NCBI GenBank assembly: GCA_020137815.1
Contig: CM035353.1
Coordinates: 4,650,001-4,714,000, forward strand
Source: Hormiphora californensis
Taxonomy: Eukaryota > Animalia > Ctenophora
Length of the DNA: 64,000 bases
Reading direction: 5' to 3'
Each line of letters begins with the position of its first letter. The first letter of the stretch is position 1. The translations under genes were made by a program, and so were the position numbers. Under the pieces are notes generated by a model. That model had not been told where the DNA came from. It did not search any database and worked only from the letters and a program-made list of their open reading frames with translations. Below, piece by piece: positions 1 to 13,117 of this stretch.

Positions 1-585
1 CTCAACAACTAAATGTACTTGTAGCAATGTAACCGAGACCAATGACCAACCCTAAATTAACATACAGATACCAAATTCGCCAATAGAGACGAGTGATCAA
101 CGGCGAGAGGAAAGGAACATATATTTTGATCTCAATTTAAAGTTCCCGAAGACTGCAGGCCTACCACAATAAGGAAAGGAACAGCTAAATTACCTGCATA
201 CCTATAATATACCTCCGAGCCACATACACTATTAAGACATTAGGCCGGGATTTAACAAATAACAATCCCTATTTAGACCCTGAAAAAGAGGAATTAAGCG
301 AAGGAAACGTGCCTCTTTTGAGGTGGAAGAGATGTAGGTGGAGGAGAACTACTGCACATTGTGTAGAGGGCAACTACGTGATCTCCGGGTGTACGGAGTG
401 TGCCCCGAAGGAACGGTACAGCTACAACCCCAGTATACTGATCAAGGCGCGCTGGGGTCATTAGAAATGATCGGCTTGTTGAACGAGTTGGCCAAAACAT
501 ACAGTTCGGTGATGCAAGTGGCGGATTGCAGCACAATCCCCAGGGTAATTGTTGAGTCGATCCAAAACTGGATGGAATAGTTATA

Positions 586-1445
586 CAGTCGGACCCCGAT
601 TTAACGGCACCCTCGGGGGAAAGGGTTTTGTCCGTTAAATCGGGGTGTCCGTTAAATCGGGGTAGAGCATATTTGGCCCATAAAACCCTATTTTTGTCCA
701 AAATACTATACTAAAACACCTCTAAGTAAATGCTATGTCCATGTATTGATTACATGATCATTTCTGGTTAGAAAAATAAAATAATTTTAAAATTTTAAAA
801 AAAGTTATAAAAATTTTCTAAGGTACGTGTACTGGTATATCAACTACGTCCGAATCGTATATCGAATCAGTGCATCTTATCGCATGTCTTGCTGCTAATT
901 AGACGGTTCGAAACGAACCGATACGTGATACCATGCCGAATCGGGGCACTTTAAGCGGGGTGAGGAAGAATTCGAATTTCAAAATATCTTTTTCTCTGAA
1001 AATTCATGGGGAGCACCGATCAAAGCATTGCCAATCATTCTGTAAAGTTTTCCAAAAAAAAGTTATGAAAATTTTTCAAAGATATATCAACCACGTCCGA
1101 ATCGTGTTTCGAATCAGTGCATCTTATCGCTAATTAGACGGTTCGAAACGAACCGATACGTGATCCCCATGGGGCCAGTTTAACAAGCGTCAAAATTGCG
1201 ACTCGATTGGCCTCATGGGGATCACATATCTGTTCGTTTCGAACCGTCTAATTACGGGTAAGACCTGCAATAAGATGCACCGATTCGAAACACGATTCGG
1301 ACGTGGTTGAAACACCTTTGGAAAATTTTCAAAAAATTTTCAAAAAATTTTCAAAAAAATTTTCAAAAAATTGTTGGGGGAAATTTATCCTGCCGTTAAA
1401 TCGGGGTGCCGCTAAATCGGGGGCCGTTAAATCGGGGTCCGACTG
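586..1445. mobile_element. TA-TSD MITE (Tc1/mariner/pogo-type ends), family CAGTCGGACCCCGATTT
   Basis: TIR CAGTCGGACCCCGATTTAACGG...CCGTTAAATCGGGGTCCGACTG, TA on both sides (584-585, 1446-1447); internal inverted repeats; other copies at 28976 and 37943. Confidence 0.9.
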
Positions 1446-1891
1446 TACTATAACAAATGTGAAATGTGTAAAACCGTAAACTACTCAACTTGCCTTTCAG
1501 TTTCTAATATATATTCAACAAATCCCGCAGTATTGAATTATACATAGTATGTACCTGAATTAGCACAGTGCTGATACATAAACTAATATTCGTTCCTATA
1601 TTTTCAAATTAAAACACATTCCTTTAGCCAGGCAATGCCACTAAAACGGTTGATCATTACTGACTGCACAGTACTTCCAGAGAAAAAACTCTAGATACAT
1701 GTCATATACTCTGTCATATTATATAATTATTTGTTACCATATATAAAAGTTTTCGATGCATTTCCATATACCAGTACTTAAAAATTAAACTTCAGTAATA
1801 GAAGAGCATATTTTATTGTAACTGCAGTCCTGTGTGGAAGGGGATGCCACAGCTGGTGTCCCCCCATCATTACTCTGGACGAGAAGTTTAA

Positions 1892-2561
1892 AGTAAGAGT
1901 GGCGCGCCGTGTTTTCTCACAAAACTTGGTGGATGAACGGGGAGTACCACCAGGACCATTGGTACGGTATAAAAAATTTCCAATTCTGTCTCGTTCATTA
2001 GTTATGACGTAATATGTTCATTATTTCAACTTTCATAAAATCGCTCTACAGAAAAATCTGTTGATTGTTGATTGAAATGGCTGCTTGCATCGTGTTCAGC
2101 GTCAAAAAATAGCCGGGGTACCAAATTTTGGTGTCTCTACCTTGTCTGTGACGCGAGATATCGACAATTATCAAAAACGCCCAAAGTGAGAGAAAGAGAG
2201 TGTGTTATCTTTGGGTGCTAGTTGTTTGTGCGCGCCACCCACTTGTAACAATTTCTCTTTCTCTCACTTTGGGCGTTTTTGATAATTGTCGATATCTCGC
2301 GTCACAGACAAGGTAGAGACACCAAAATTTGGTACCCCGGCTATTTTTTGACGCTGAACACGATGCAAGCATCCATTTCAATCCACAATGAACAGATTTT
2401 TCTGTAGAGCAATTTTGTGAAAGTTGAAATAATGAACATATTACGTCATAACTGATAAATGAGACGGAATTGGAAATTTTCTATACCGTACCAATGGTCC
2501 TGGTGGTACTCCCCGTTCATTCACCAAGTTTTGTGAGAAAACATGGCGCGCCACTCTTACT
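1892..2561. mobile_element. Foldback MITE, Kolobok-like
   Basis: ~310-bp inverted arms with ~50-bp spacer; TTAA at 1888-1891 and 2562-2565; termini AG...CT (RR start). Confidence 0.8.
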
Positions 2562-3244
2562 TTAACGAGACGAGACGAGAAGTTTTCTGTAACTTCTCAA
2601 TTGTTTACTAATGCTGAAGCTGAAGCGAAGCAGGAAGAAAGTTTGGCTTTCGACTCTACAGCTTGTAGAGTCGAAAGTCAAACTTTCTTGTAGATCAACA
2701 TGCACTTTATTATTGAGTGAAGATCTTTACTCAAGAATAAAGTGCATGTTGATTCTTGCCGAACAACTTCAGCAGAGACGGGAACAATAACGGTAACAAC
2801 TATACCCCAACCGTGATGGTGGTAATAATGGCGGGAACTTTAGGGCCGAGGTACAGCAACTACAGAAATCCCCTGCAGGATAAATTGTGATTCACCAACT
2901 ACCAGGACAGGTGGAACACAGGGCCACAAGCCCCCTGTACGCGTGACCGCGTGCATAGTATTATAGAAAACGAGTCCGCCGAATACTGCTATAGAATACA
3001 ATAAAGAATACAATAAAGAATAATGATCTTATGACTCCCTACGATAGTGGACTGAGTAAAACTCTTTTTCGATCGTGCCTCAACACATGGCCCAACATGG
3101 CCAGGCACGCATTCCAGTGCTCTCAGGAACAGATTCTGTATACTGAGAGAACCACTTTTTCCGTGACCACACATACGATAGAATGGGGAAGAGCACACTT
3201 TTTACGATCACTAGTCACATAGCAACATGGGGCGATGAGGGGAA

Positions 3245-3865
3245 CCACCTGGTACGATATGCCTCCGTCGACACGACGAAGGCAACACTTATAAGGAAGA
3301 GCACAAGCTCAGAAAGGCAGTTCCGAACACACTCTTCTGCTAACTGCTTCAGTTCCTACTGCTAACTGCTTCAGTTCCTACTGCTCCAGCCCTCACCGAG
3401 CTATCTTCAACATGACTTCAGTCCCCACTATCCCCGCATCGGCCCTCGGTATGTAGCACGAGTAGATACAAGAGATAATTAGTCTAGGGAGATTATCGGT
3501 TTGAATAGGAATTTCGTATGAGTTATGACAATGTAGTAGTATGTCATATAATATGTATATTGGGATTCACCAACTACCAGGTTGCCTCCGTCGACATGAC
3601 GGAGGCAACCTTTATAAGCAAGAGCACAAGCCCAGAAAGGCAGTTAAGTTCAATCTTTCTTACTTGCTCCGGAACCACCTTGCTCCAGAACCACCTTGCT
3701 CCAGAACCACACCCTTACTCTCACCTACACCGGAACCTCTTCAACGATTACTATTACCGACACCGGAACCTCCTCAGCTGTTACTCACCCACCCGTATAC
3801 AACATGACTTCAACCAATACCATCCCTGAGCTGCATCTACCCTCGGTATGTAGCACGAGTAGCTA
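3245..3865 (+). repeat. Diverged local tandem duplication (3245-3465 vs 3570-3865)
   Basis: Shared blocks GCCTCCGTCGACA..AAGAGCACAAG..CAGAAAGGCAGTT and CAACATGACTTCA..CCCTCGGTATGTAGCACGAGTAG; 22-bp tandem repeat at about 3338-3385. Confidence 0.75.
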
Positions 3866-4202
3866 CATACACGCGAAAATTATATTTATAGAATGGAAAT
3901 ATGCATATAATAATTAAATAAAAATCTTTGATACTAGTATTTGATAATGTTAATATTAACAATTGCATCCCATTAGTGCTGCATAATGTGTGAAGAGCCA
4001 GTTGAGAATAAGATCAGTGAAACCAGCATCGATAGTGATGATATACCTGCACCACACCTGTACCTGGTCCCGCTAGAAAGAAACCTCACTAAAACTCAGC
4101 TTATTCCCGCTCCAGGAACTTTGGCTTTGACCCGGAGCGGGAGATTAATAATTAAAGTCTCACCCTCTACTTGCGAGGATGAAGAGAAAACTGACCATAT
4201 AT

Positions 4203-4974
4203 AATAACGGGTGACAACTAAAAATCTGGACAATTTTCTGTGAGCTCTAGCGCCGGCCCCGATTGAGATACATCTTCAGGCCTGAGCTAGAACGATTTTT
4301 CAGACAATTTTGAATCAGAATAACACAACGGAAAAAACTAAAAAGTTCATTTTCATTGCGTTATCGCATCATTTCCTCTTGACCCACCAAAGCATGTGTA
4401 CGGAGATTTGAGATTTCTGTGTGATCAGAAACGACCTTCCCGATGAGATAAAATTCTCAAATTTTAAATAATGGTTGTTCATGCCATAACCAACATAATT
4501 GCCAAGTTTCAACATTTTAACTTATCGGGAAGTTGGTTTTCCACGTCATAAATGTTTCGAGAGATCTTCAAAATGGCGATTTCTCAAATTACCTGTAAAC
4601 TACGCTTTGAAGGGTTTGTTACAGATGATTCTGTGATTAGAATTGAGATTATCGGAGTGTGAAACAAAGTTAATTTCGTTCAAAATCGTCTGAAAAATCA
4701 TTCTATCGCTGCCCTGAAGCTGTATTTCAAAAAGAACAGGCGGTAGAGGTGCTAGAAAAGTGTGTAAATTTCACGTAATACATGCTTTGGTGGGTCAAGA
4801 GGAAATGATGCGATATCGCAATGAAAATGAACTTTTTAGTTTTTCCTGTTGTGTTATTCTGATTCAAAATTGTCTGAAAAATTGTTCTATCACTGGCCTG
4901 AAGCTGTATCTCAAGCGGGGCCGGCGCTAGAGCTCACAGAAAATTGTCCAGATTTTTAGTTGTCACCCGTTATT
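4203..4974. mobile_element. Foldback MITE (AATAACGGGTGACAACT termini)
   Basis: ~200-bp inverted arms 4203-4400 / 4780-4974 plus a second partial internal arm copy; superfamily uncertain (possible TA TSD). Confidence 0.8.
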
Positions 4975-6307
4975 TAGAGCTGTATAAATTTGTATATATT
5001 ATTAACTACTGTACTTCGCAACTTTTTATTTCGTATTTAAAGGAGCAGTCTGATAAATCGTAGTGGGCCTTTGTGCCGGTGCAGTGAAATGTAATTGTTG
5101 TTAGGTACTACACTGCGCCAAACTGCACCAAACTGCACCACTCTGCACTGTACTGGTGTTTCATCTGCGGCCAAACATAATCCTGTGTGTGATTCTGAGG
5201 AACTGATAAAGGAACATACGTATTACGTGGATTCCATTCCAGGTCTTAATAGTTTAGTGAAGCAATAATAATTTAAATTAGATTTGAAATATATGTTGGA
5301 TAGAATCTGTTAGTGAAAAGGGAGAAAATTATGAGCCGACTGTGATTTATATAGAAATCACTTTAATCCACGCGGGGTATAGTAAAACCTTGATTGAAGC
5401 GTGATCCCTATTAACATCATTCCCATTTATCTTAGCTAAGCTTAAGTGAGGATTATGCCCTTGAAAAGGCTTATTGTGACGGATGTAACCACGCACAGGA
5501 AAGCCACAACCTACCTTAAAGTCGAGACAGACGTAACTGAAAGAAAAGCACTAGCACAGAGAAATGAGAGAAAGCCACATGGAGCCAGGCCACATGGAGT
5601 GAGAGGTAAATCAATTAGAGAGTGAGAGAGGCCGAACGTAGGTAAGTGCACGAGATGAAGGACTATGCAGCATGATTATGCCTTAAATGGAATAAAGAGC
5701 GCCACCAGGTGGCCATCCGCCATAGCAACGACAATATTCTACGTGTAGCCAGCTCCTATACTCTATAATAGTGATATTATACCGCCTGGCCCATAAAGCT
5801 AAGGGTACATGTTGGTATCACCCAGAATCACTCTGATATTTTGACACAATTTGTGTCCGAAGTTTCGACACTCAGAATAAAAATTCATCCTTCACACCCG
5901 AATGAAAAACAGCCCAATCCCCGACCATACCAGGGAGGACAAAGCACCAGCAGAGACACCAGACTAAAAGGAGGAGTTTCGAGCGTTTCAGGTATGGAAC
6001 AGGAACAAGAGGAGAGCAGAAAATCATGGCGGTGTTGCCGCGAAGTACGCCCACACCAACCTGACCAATCTGGACCGCAGGATTAACGAGATCATCTTGC
6101 CAACCCGCCAGGACACCAGCTGATACAAATTAATGGAGTTTCGACTGCCCAGCCGAGACCACCTAAAATCGTTCGATGCCCTAAACGGCTATATGATACC
6201 CATGCCCAAATTTTCTTCTCACCGGAGGTCCAAGAAGACTTGGTGACATATAGACACCTGGCGCGACCCCCGCACACTGTGTGTGAGCTCAAACTTAGTC
6301 GCGCCAG

Positions 6308-6739
6308 ATGTCACATCACCAACAAGAAGCCCTGAAGACGTACATAGAAATTCACAAGCAAATGATTGTGGAGGATGAGAATCTCCAGCCCTTCATTACG
6401 ATGGCGGAGGGTTTGAAAATCTTTAAGAGATTTGGTTTACGTGTGGAGAAATTGGCCCGTGAAGCAGCCTATCGGGTCCACGACATTGAAGGAATTCAAG
6501 CTAAGACGACAAGAACACGAGACGACAAGAACGACAAGTTCCGCACACGATGGTGTGCGGAACCGAAGCTCCTGAACTCAATTTTAGTCAACCATAAATA
6601 CCCAATCGATAGACTAAACAATATATTTAAACATGTATGCTATTGCAACTCTGACGTAGAGCCTCAACAGCATTACATATTAGTAGAACCAACCCATAAC
6701 ACTATCCCCAGTTTTTCCTATCGATACATACATATTTAG
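6308..6739 (+). CDS. Uncharacterised ORF, 143 aa, possibly a TE-derived exon
   Basis: Open frame with protein-like composition; no motif recognised. Confidence 0.25.
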   Translation: MSHHQQEALKTYIEIHKQMIVEDENLQPFITMAEGLKIFKRFGLRVEKLAREAAYRVHDIEGIQAKTTRTRDDKNDKFRTRWCAEPKLLNSILVNHKYPIDRLNNIFKHVCYCNSDVEPQQHYILVEPTHNTIPSFSYRYIHI

Positions 6740-7145
6740 GAGAATTAATAAGTTTAACCATTGATTTATTTTCGGTCTAACATTTATTTTCATACACCCG
6801 AAACGTAAAACGTTATTATGATAGTACTGTTAACCAGTACATAATCAGAGATTGCTAAAACCTGAACCCTCAAAAATATAACATATAACATAATATCACC
6901 TAATGAAACTATTTGATATAGCTCTCATGTCCAGTCCATAGTCCACAATCCACACAGACACTAGAAGATACTACTAGACTGCAGTATTTCGGTAACGGCC
7001 AATATTCGTACACCACAGGGTGCCCTTGGTGTGAAGCCACTGTTTTCTCCATGTGTGAACTACATGTGGTGATTTAGAACAGTGTCCTGATCTAATTGAA
7101 CACATCATCCTTTTCACCCTTTTCAATATACAATTTCGATATAAT

Positions 7146-8195
7146 ATCACTGCGCTGGCAAGCGCAAAGGTTGCCATTCCCCCTCCCCCAAACAGCAAAG
7201 CGCCGCCAGAAACGCAGTTATACGTTTTATGGGTGTTTTGACTGAAAACCCAGATTTCAGAAGGCTATAGCATGGCTCCCATTCATCCATTTGACTTGAA
7301 ATTTGGAATGTATACCCGGCTCGGGGTCATTAACTGAAGTTAAAAATTTCAAGTCTCTATCTCATCTGGAACTGAAGTTACAGACAGGCCCCATTTGCCC
7401 TAGATTCAGTGTAACACAGAGAGACGCTTTTTATAAACCATATTCACGCCAAACGAAAAGAGATAGAAACTTCTCGTTTTCACAGCTGGTAGATCAACTG
7501 GATGTGTGTGCATTAGTCGAGGGTGGCGTCCCTTTCATCTCCAGGAACGTCCTACAGAACGTCTTAAAGTCGTCATTTTTCAGCTCTGACCAATTCTTTG
7601 AGCTCTTTCAGCTGAAAGATCTAATCGAAACACAAAAATATCATGGGGATTGTCTGAACTTTCGAAACTTATTGCGAATTTTCAAAACTACATGTATAAG
7701 GGTCTTAAAACGCGTCTGAAGTGTTATGACTGTTTAAAATAGATATGACGATATGGGTTTTTTCGCCATAGCGGACTCAAATCTTATCTAATCGATCTCA
7801 AACTTGGTCAGTATCTTCATCTAGGTAATCCCGATGATATGACGTCAAAATTTTGACGTCATGACGTCGTGACGTCATTTTATGACGTCAAAATGACGTC
7901 AAAAATGAAAAAAATTCAACTTAGCGATTCCATCCTCTCCGTACTTGTCCTACTACATCTAAATGGATAAAAAATCCCAAAAATGATGCAATTAACCAAA
8001 ACTAATTGAAATTAGTAGGCCGGAAAGGTTGCCCTATGATTTGAGCTACCTTTGGCACCAGTACATTTCCTTTTGAAGATAGACGAGAGCATCTGTTATA
8101 CCCTGTTTTTACCCCTTGAATGTTAAGGTGGCAAAGGTAGCTCAAATCATAGGGCAACCTTTCCGGCCTACTAATTTCAATTAGATTTGGTATAA
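7146..8195 (-). mobile_element. Helentron/HINE-like non-autonomous element, family A
   Basis: Terminal hairpin TGCGCT-GGCA-AGCGCA followed by AAAGGTTGCC; the other end has a ~65-bp inverted repeat (7995-8059 / 8127-8191) containing the same 10-mer; no TSD; homologous copy at 29487-30519. Confidence 0.7.
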
Positions 8196-8849
8196 ATTAT
8201 GTATTACTATTTCGGTAACTGCCAATATCCATACACACATAGGTGCCCTTGGTGCGAAGCCACTGTTTTCTCAGTCTGTGAACAACATGGAGATTTGGAG
8301 CAATGTCCTGAGAAGGTCAGGATTGTGCCATCTCCATGGCAGTTGGAGCGTGGCCAATAGCGGTCCTAAAAAGGAAGTTGTGCCATATAAAAAGTTAATA
8401 ATTTTGTTTCTCTTACACAATTGAAAATACGGTTGGGGTCATTTTGCATGAATATTTGTTAAATAAAAAAATAGAAAAAATTATTACATGGTTTTGTATC
8501 GAATGCACACTGAACACAAATAGGAGCCATCTTTATAGCCACCAGATTGTTTATATTAAATTGAAAGAGAAAAGGCTGGGGCTGTGCAGAGCTGCCTTGC
8601 CAAAACCCATCGAATATAAAAATATTTATACCGACGGCTCTGATCAACAAAATGGAATGGTGGAAAGCGTTGGGCAATCTATGAGGAAGGGGAGGAGATT
8701 CTATCCGGCAGGGCCAGGCTTCATCATCTAGCCACCATCAACCAGGCAGAAGAGCGGAGCAATCACAAGCAGAGGACATAATCATGATTCTCAAAAGGGT
8801 AGATTCGGTTAAAAGTATCACGTTTTACACTGACAGTGTAACATGCAAC

Positions 8850-8890
8850 TTTTCCCTGATGATGCAACATTGCTGAAACTAGTTGGAAAA
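8850..8890 (+). ncRNA. Minimal type I hammerhead ribozyme
   Basis: TTTTCC-CTGATGA-tGCAAcaTTGCt-GAAA-CTAGT-T-GGAAAA: 6-bp stem I, canonical core, stem II, palindromic ACTAGT stem III, GUU cleavage triplet. Confidence 0.8.
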
Positions 8891-8999
8891 CAACGTCTTT
8901 TATTTCTACTTTCTACCTCAAGTCCTTACCCGACCCCTTCAAATTACATTAGTTGTTTATATCATATATGTATATTATGTGCCATATATATAACTAGCC

Positions 9000-9975
9000 C
9001 ATCATGGACTTTCCAAATAGAGCCCGTACAAAATGGCACCACCAGCAAAAAAGGCTCGCACTCGGGCAGGACTCGGGCATTTGATAATCGGAAAAGCAGA
9101 GGAAAAGGGTACCACTACACACCCCATCTCGAAGGGGTACAAGAGCTCAAAACTATGGCTCACTAAATAGTTGAGAGTGCAAAGGAGCAAGAGTATGATC
9201 TAGAAGCAGAGAGGAAATACGACAGCAAAAAGGGATGCTTTATGTATGCTTATATACAAGAAGGACAAGAAGGACCTGGGTCCCAAATGCTGGAACTGCG
9301 AGCAGCATGGACATCTAGCCTATGTGTATTCAGAAGGTCATCTGTGACAACTATTCCTTGTAACCTTAATATTGAGGTATGGAATATACTAAGTCATTAA
9401 AGCTAAATGTCAAGAACCATGTGAAGGTCCCTAGCTGGCCTGCCATCGCCAGGGCATCGGACTTGACCCTCTGCCAAAATGCTGGTGATGCCTTGATATG
9501 TATAACATATTACATTAATTATTTATATTATAATGTGCCATATATATATGTATAACTAACCCATCATGGACTTTCCAACTTTGATAATCGGAAAAGCAGA
9601 GGAAAAGGGTACCACTACACACCCCATCTCGAAGGAGTAAAAGAGCTCAAAACTATGGCTCACTAAAGAGTTGAGAGTGCAAAGGAGCAAGAGTATAGAA
9701 GCAGAGAGGAAATACAACAGCAAAAAGGGATGCCCAACGCTGAAAAGAATCATGAAGAAGACAAGGAAACATTACCTAAAGACCCTGAAAAAAAAACAAA
9801 AGAGGGTCGTTCCGGAACTACTCTGCTACTGTTCAAGTCTCACCGAGAAAAAATTTGCTAAACTGATAAAAAAGAAGGGAAACGGAAGGACTACTGCGGG
9901 CATCCCACCAATACAGATAAATGGACTGCCAGTGAAATCGAGTAAGGAATGCGTGGAAATACTGGCAGACACCCA
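9000..9975 (+). pseudogene. Degenerate non-LTR retrotransposon relic (gag zinc knuckle plus APE-RT linker-like segment)
   Basis: 9288-9329 reads CWNCEQHGHLAYVY (CX2CX4HX4C with the last C changed to Y); ORF 9671 IPPIQING..SSKECVEILAD resembles the pre-RT linker; 9000-9240 is duplicated at 9560-9730. Confidence 0.45.
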
Positions 9976-12596
9976 CATGCCAATTCAATTCTGCACGTGC
10001 ATTCTTTTACTTTTGTCCTGATGTCCAGCTCTTCCACCCGAAGCACTATTAGGCAACAGTTATAATATAGGTCCGAGCCAATCACCTTATGATTTTGCCC
10101 CACGTCGTCCGAGGTTGACTACTCCTGTACAGTATAGAAATTGAGTTTATGGTACAAGAGGGCAAAAATAGCTTCGTCTGGAAGCAGCCAGGGGTGGGCA
10201 AAGTGTGAAGACAGGTCCTGTGTAAAGTATCAGTCCCTACGTTAACGGGACAACATTGGGCAAGATTATTTACGACACAATCGTGGCAACAGGGCTAAGT
10301 TGACAGAAGGAATCCTTCGTGCTGCTAAGACCGGGGTGCCCGACGACGAGATGGAAGAGGCAAAGGCAAAGGTGACCACAGTGTGGGATTTTTCCCACGT
10401 AGTCCAGCTGATATTAAAGCATGCGGTCCGTAGTTGTGTTGGGGGCCAAGGTAAAAGTTGGCAATTTCATCACTTCGGCCAAGCATATCAACCTCTGGGA
10501 AGATATGAAGAAAGCAGCCAAGGCCATGGGAGATGACCCCAATAAGTGCCTGAGGACCGTGAAACAGGAAAAGGCGATGAAATTGGTGCAATATGACACA
10601 GCCATAACACCGATGATTTCCTGACAAATTTACCTCACATGGTGAAAGCTGTGACAGAGTTACACAGACTTTAGAGAATACCTATACACTTACCTACCTA
10701 AAATATTTAGAACACTCGGTCTTCGGCCTCGTGCATTAGATAATTGAAAAGGATCCTATTGGAATAGGGACACCGATCGCGATCACAAAAGCTGGGCCTG
10801 CGTTGAATGGCCCCAAGAGGGAAACTCTATATCCACTATTAAGTTTAATACGATTAAAAAAAAACCGAGTAAAGATCGGCAACGCTAAATATCCTTGTAA
10901 TATTGTGGGAATTCACCCTGGTAAGTATAAACGTGTTAACGAATTAACCCGTTAGAAACAGCACATTACGGTGGTCCACTTGGGTTAGCTGGATGTGGTA
11001 CAATGGCTTAACGAGGGGAGTGTCCGTGGACCACCTTTCCCAGTCACTTCCTTCACTTCCTTACTTTTTTAGATAAGAAGAGCGCAGAACGTATAGAAAA
11101 CGCTATAACTAATACCAGCCCTAAGAAGAGGAAGATTATTAACAAAGGTGAGAAATTCAATCGACGGCGACATAAATATACTTAGGTTGTATAGGCCAGT
11201 ATACAGACTGTTTTGTTGACTTTCTCTAGGACGAGGTTGTATTTAGTATTGATGAGATGGGTTACATAGCGGGGAGAGGAAAGGGTAATCTTTACAGTAA
11301 AGTTTTCGGCAATACAAAACGGCAAAGCACACGTATGCGGCAAAGCATACCCGTGCATTAAGTCATGGAGGTATTTGATGGTAAGTATAAACGAATAAAT
11401 ATACAGAAAGATTCCCCCACGGGAATACGGATCCTGCCGGACTTTGTGTGCTGCGGTTTAAACCAGGAAAAGTGATTGCTTATAATCCGGGGAAAGCAGC
11501 TGTCTACAAGACAACAGCGACAAATCCCGGCAATATCGGTTGATAACAACTCCGCCCATTATCAAAGGAGTGGACCCTGAAACCTCCGAAACTACAAAGC
11601 AGGAGACGGCGCGCCGAGCACACGATAAACAGCTTGGGGCTGCACTGGCGAGGGCAAATCACATCAAGAAACATCACGAGTAGTTACTACTCACTCCCTG
11701 GAAACTTACTGTAGTTTCCAGGGGAGAGAGGGAATTATTATGTAATTAAGCGAAACCCTGGCAGGTCTCAATTATAATTTAGAAATTCAACAGATTTTAG
11801 GTCGCCGACTTTTAAGTTGAACAGATCATGTCCAAAACGAGTAGAGATAACTTGGAGACAACGCTTGGCTATAAGATTCATGAGCGAACATTTGTATGAA
11901 GCATACCAAATTCAAGCTTCGTCCAGCAAATCGTCCAAGAATTCTATTTTGTGCTAGGATAGAGCAAGCCGAGGAGTGGGCCATGAAGATTTCCAACACT
12001 CAGTTCAATGGGGACAGCTGCATTAGTGGAGTCTAGTCGGGCAAGAAGGACTCGCAGTGCGCCCCCTGTGGAAGAAGTTGCCACCACCTCTTCAGCACAC
12101 TATGACCCCTTCCTGAGAACCCTGGTGAACAATCTTGTCCACTACACCCACTGCGACACCGACATACACGAGCGACTGGGTGGCAATGCCAAGGTGGTCA
12201 TTCACGGGTCATTCACCTATCTGCTCTCATCAACGACTTGATGATAGCCGCCGAATTCATAATAAAGTAAATACTAAATACTAACTAAACACTAAATAGA
12301 TTCTATAATCAAACTCTAACAGAGCATGTTTTCAGCCAATACCGGATTGTTCCAGATGGTCGCCCAGTCTGGTGACATGACGGTAATGTGGGATACCGAC
12401 GAGGAGGAGACACTAATCGACGGAGTAATCGCCTCCAAGTCATATGCAGAGCAAGCAGAGGAGTGGTCCGTGAATATTTCCAACCCTCAGTTTAAAAAGG
12501 ACTTATTGTTTCTGATGGGGGTTGCTAAGGTAATGAAGGCTGCCAGCGAGAGGGTCCAGAAAATGGGTAACCAGTTGAACCAGGTCTTCAACACCA

Positions 12597-13079
12597 TTGG
12601 AGATCTGGTATACATCAGCTTGTGCTAGGATTCAATCATTTGTAAGAGGGATAACAGGAAATAGGAGCAATTGCAATTTCATCATCGGACTAAAAGAAAC
12701 AGGGAGAGGGGATGTTTACAGGTTACCCATATATCCGATCTGGTACTTTATGTCAGATGTTTTGATAGTGCGACCGACCAAAGAAATAATGCGGAAATCG
12801 TGGATTCCGCCTTTTACAAGTAGTTTGGTGCCAGTAATCACTGTTGTAATGAACATCGACGGGGTCGAGTGTGCGGCAAGCGCTCAGAGATCCCTCTACC
12901 CACTGATGCTTGCTGTAAACGAGTTGCCACCACCACTCCGTTCAAAGATTCTGGTCATACCGTTTCTTTTCACCAAGACTCGAAGTGAAAAGTTTGATGA
13001 GAAACTGACTTACCTTGTGAGGGACATGAATGAACTTAATACCAGTGGTACTAATGCAAGTAAAAATAGGAATCAATAA
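12597..13079 (+). pseudogene. EnSpm/CACTA (CMC)-type transposase fragment
   Basis: VITVVMNIDGVE..SLYPLMLAVNELPPPLRSK..LVRDMNEL matches the animal EnSpm pattern L.LNTDG...S.WP..L..NELPP..R; homolog at 46710-46990. Confidence 0.7.
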
Positions 13080-13117
13080 ATGTTAAATCTACCTGGATTA
13101 AAACTAAATTACTACAG

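Noticed and set aside
8444-8731. IYTDGS RNase H-like motif
   Set aside because: No downstream RNase H residues recognisable; too short to call
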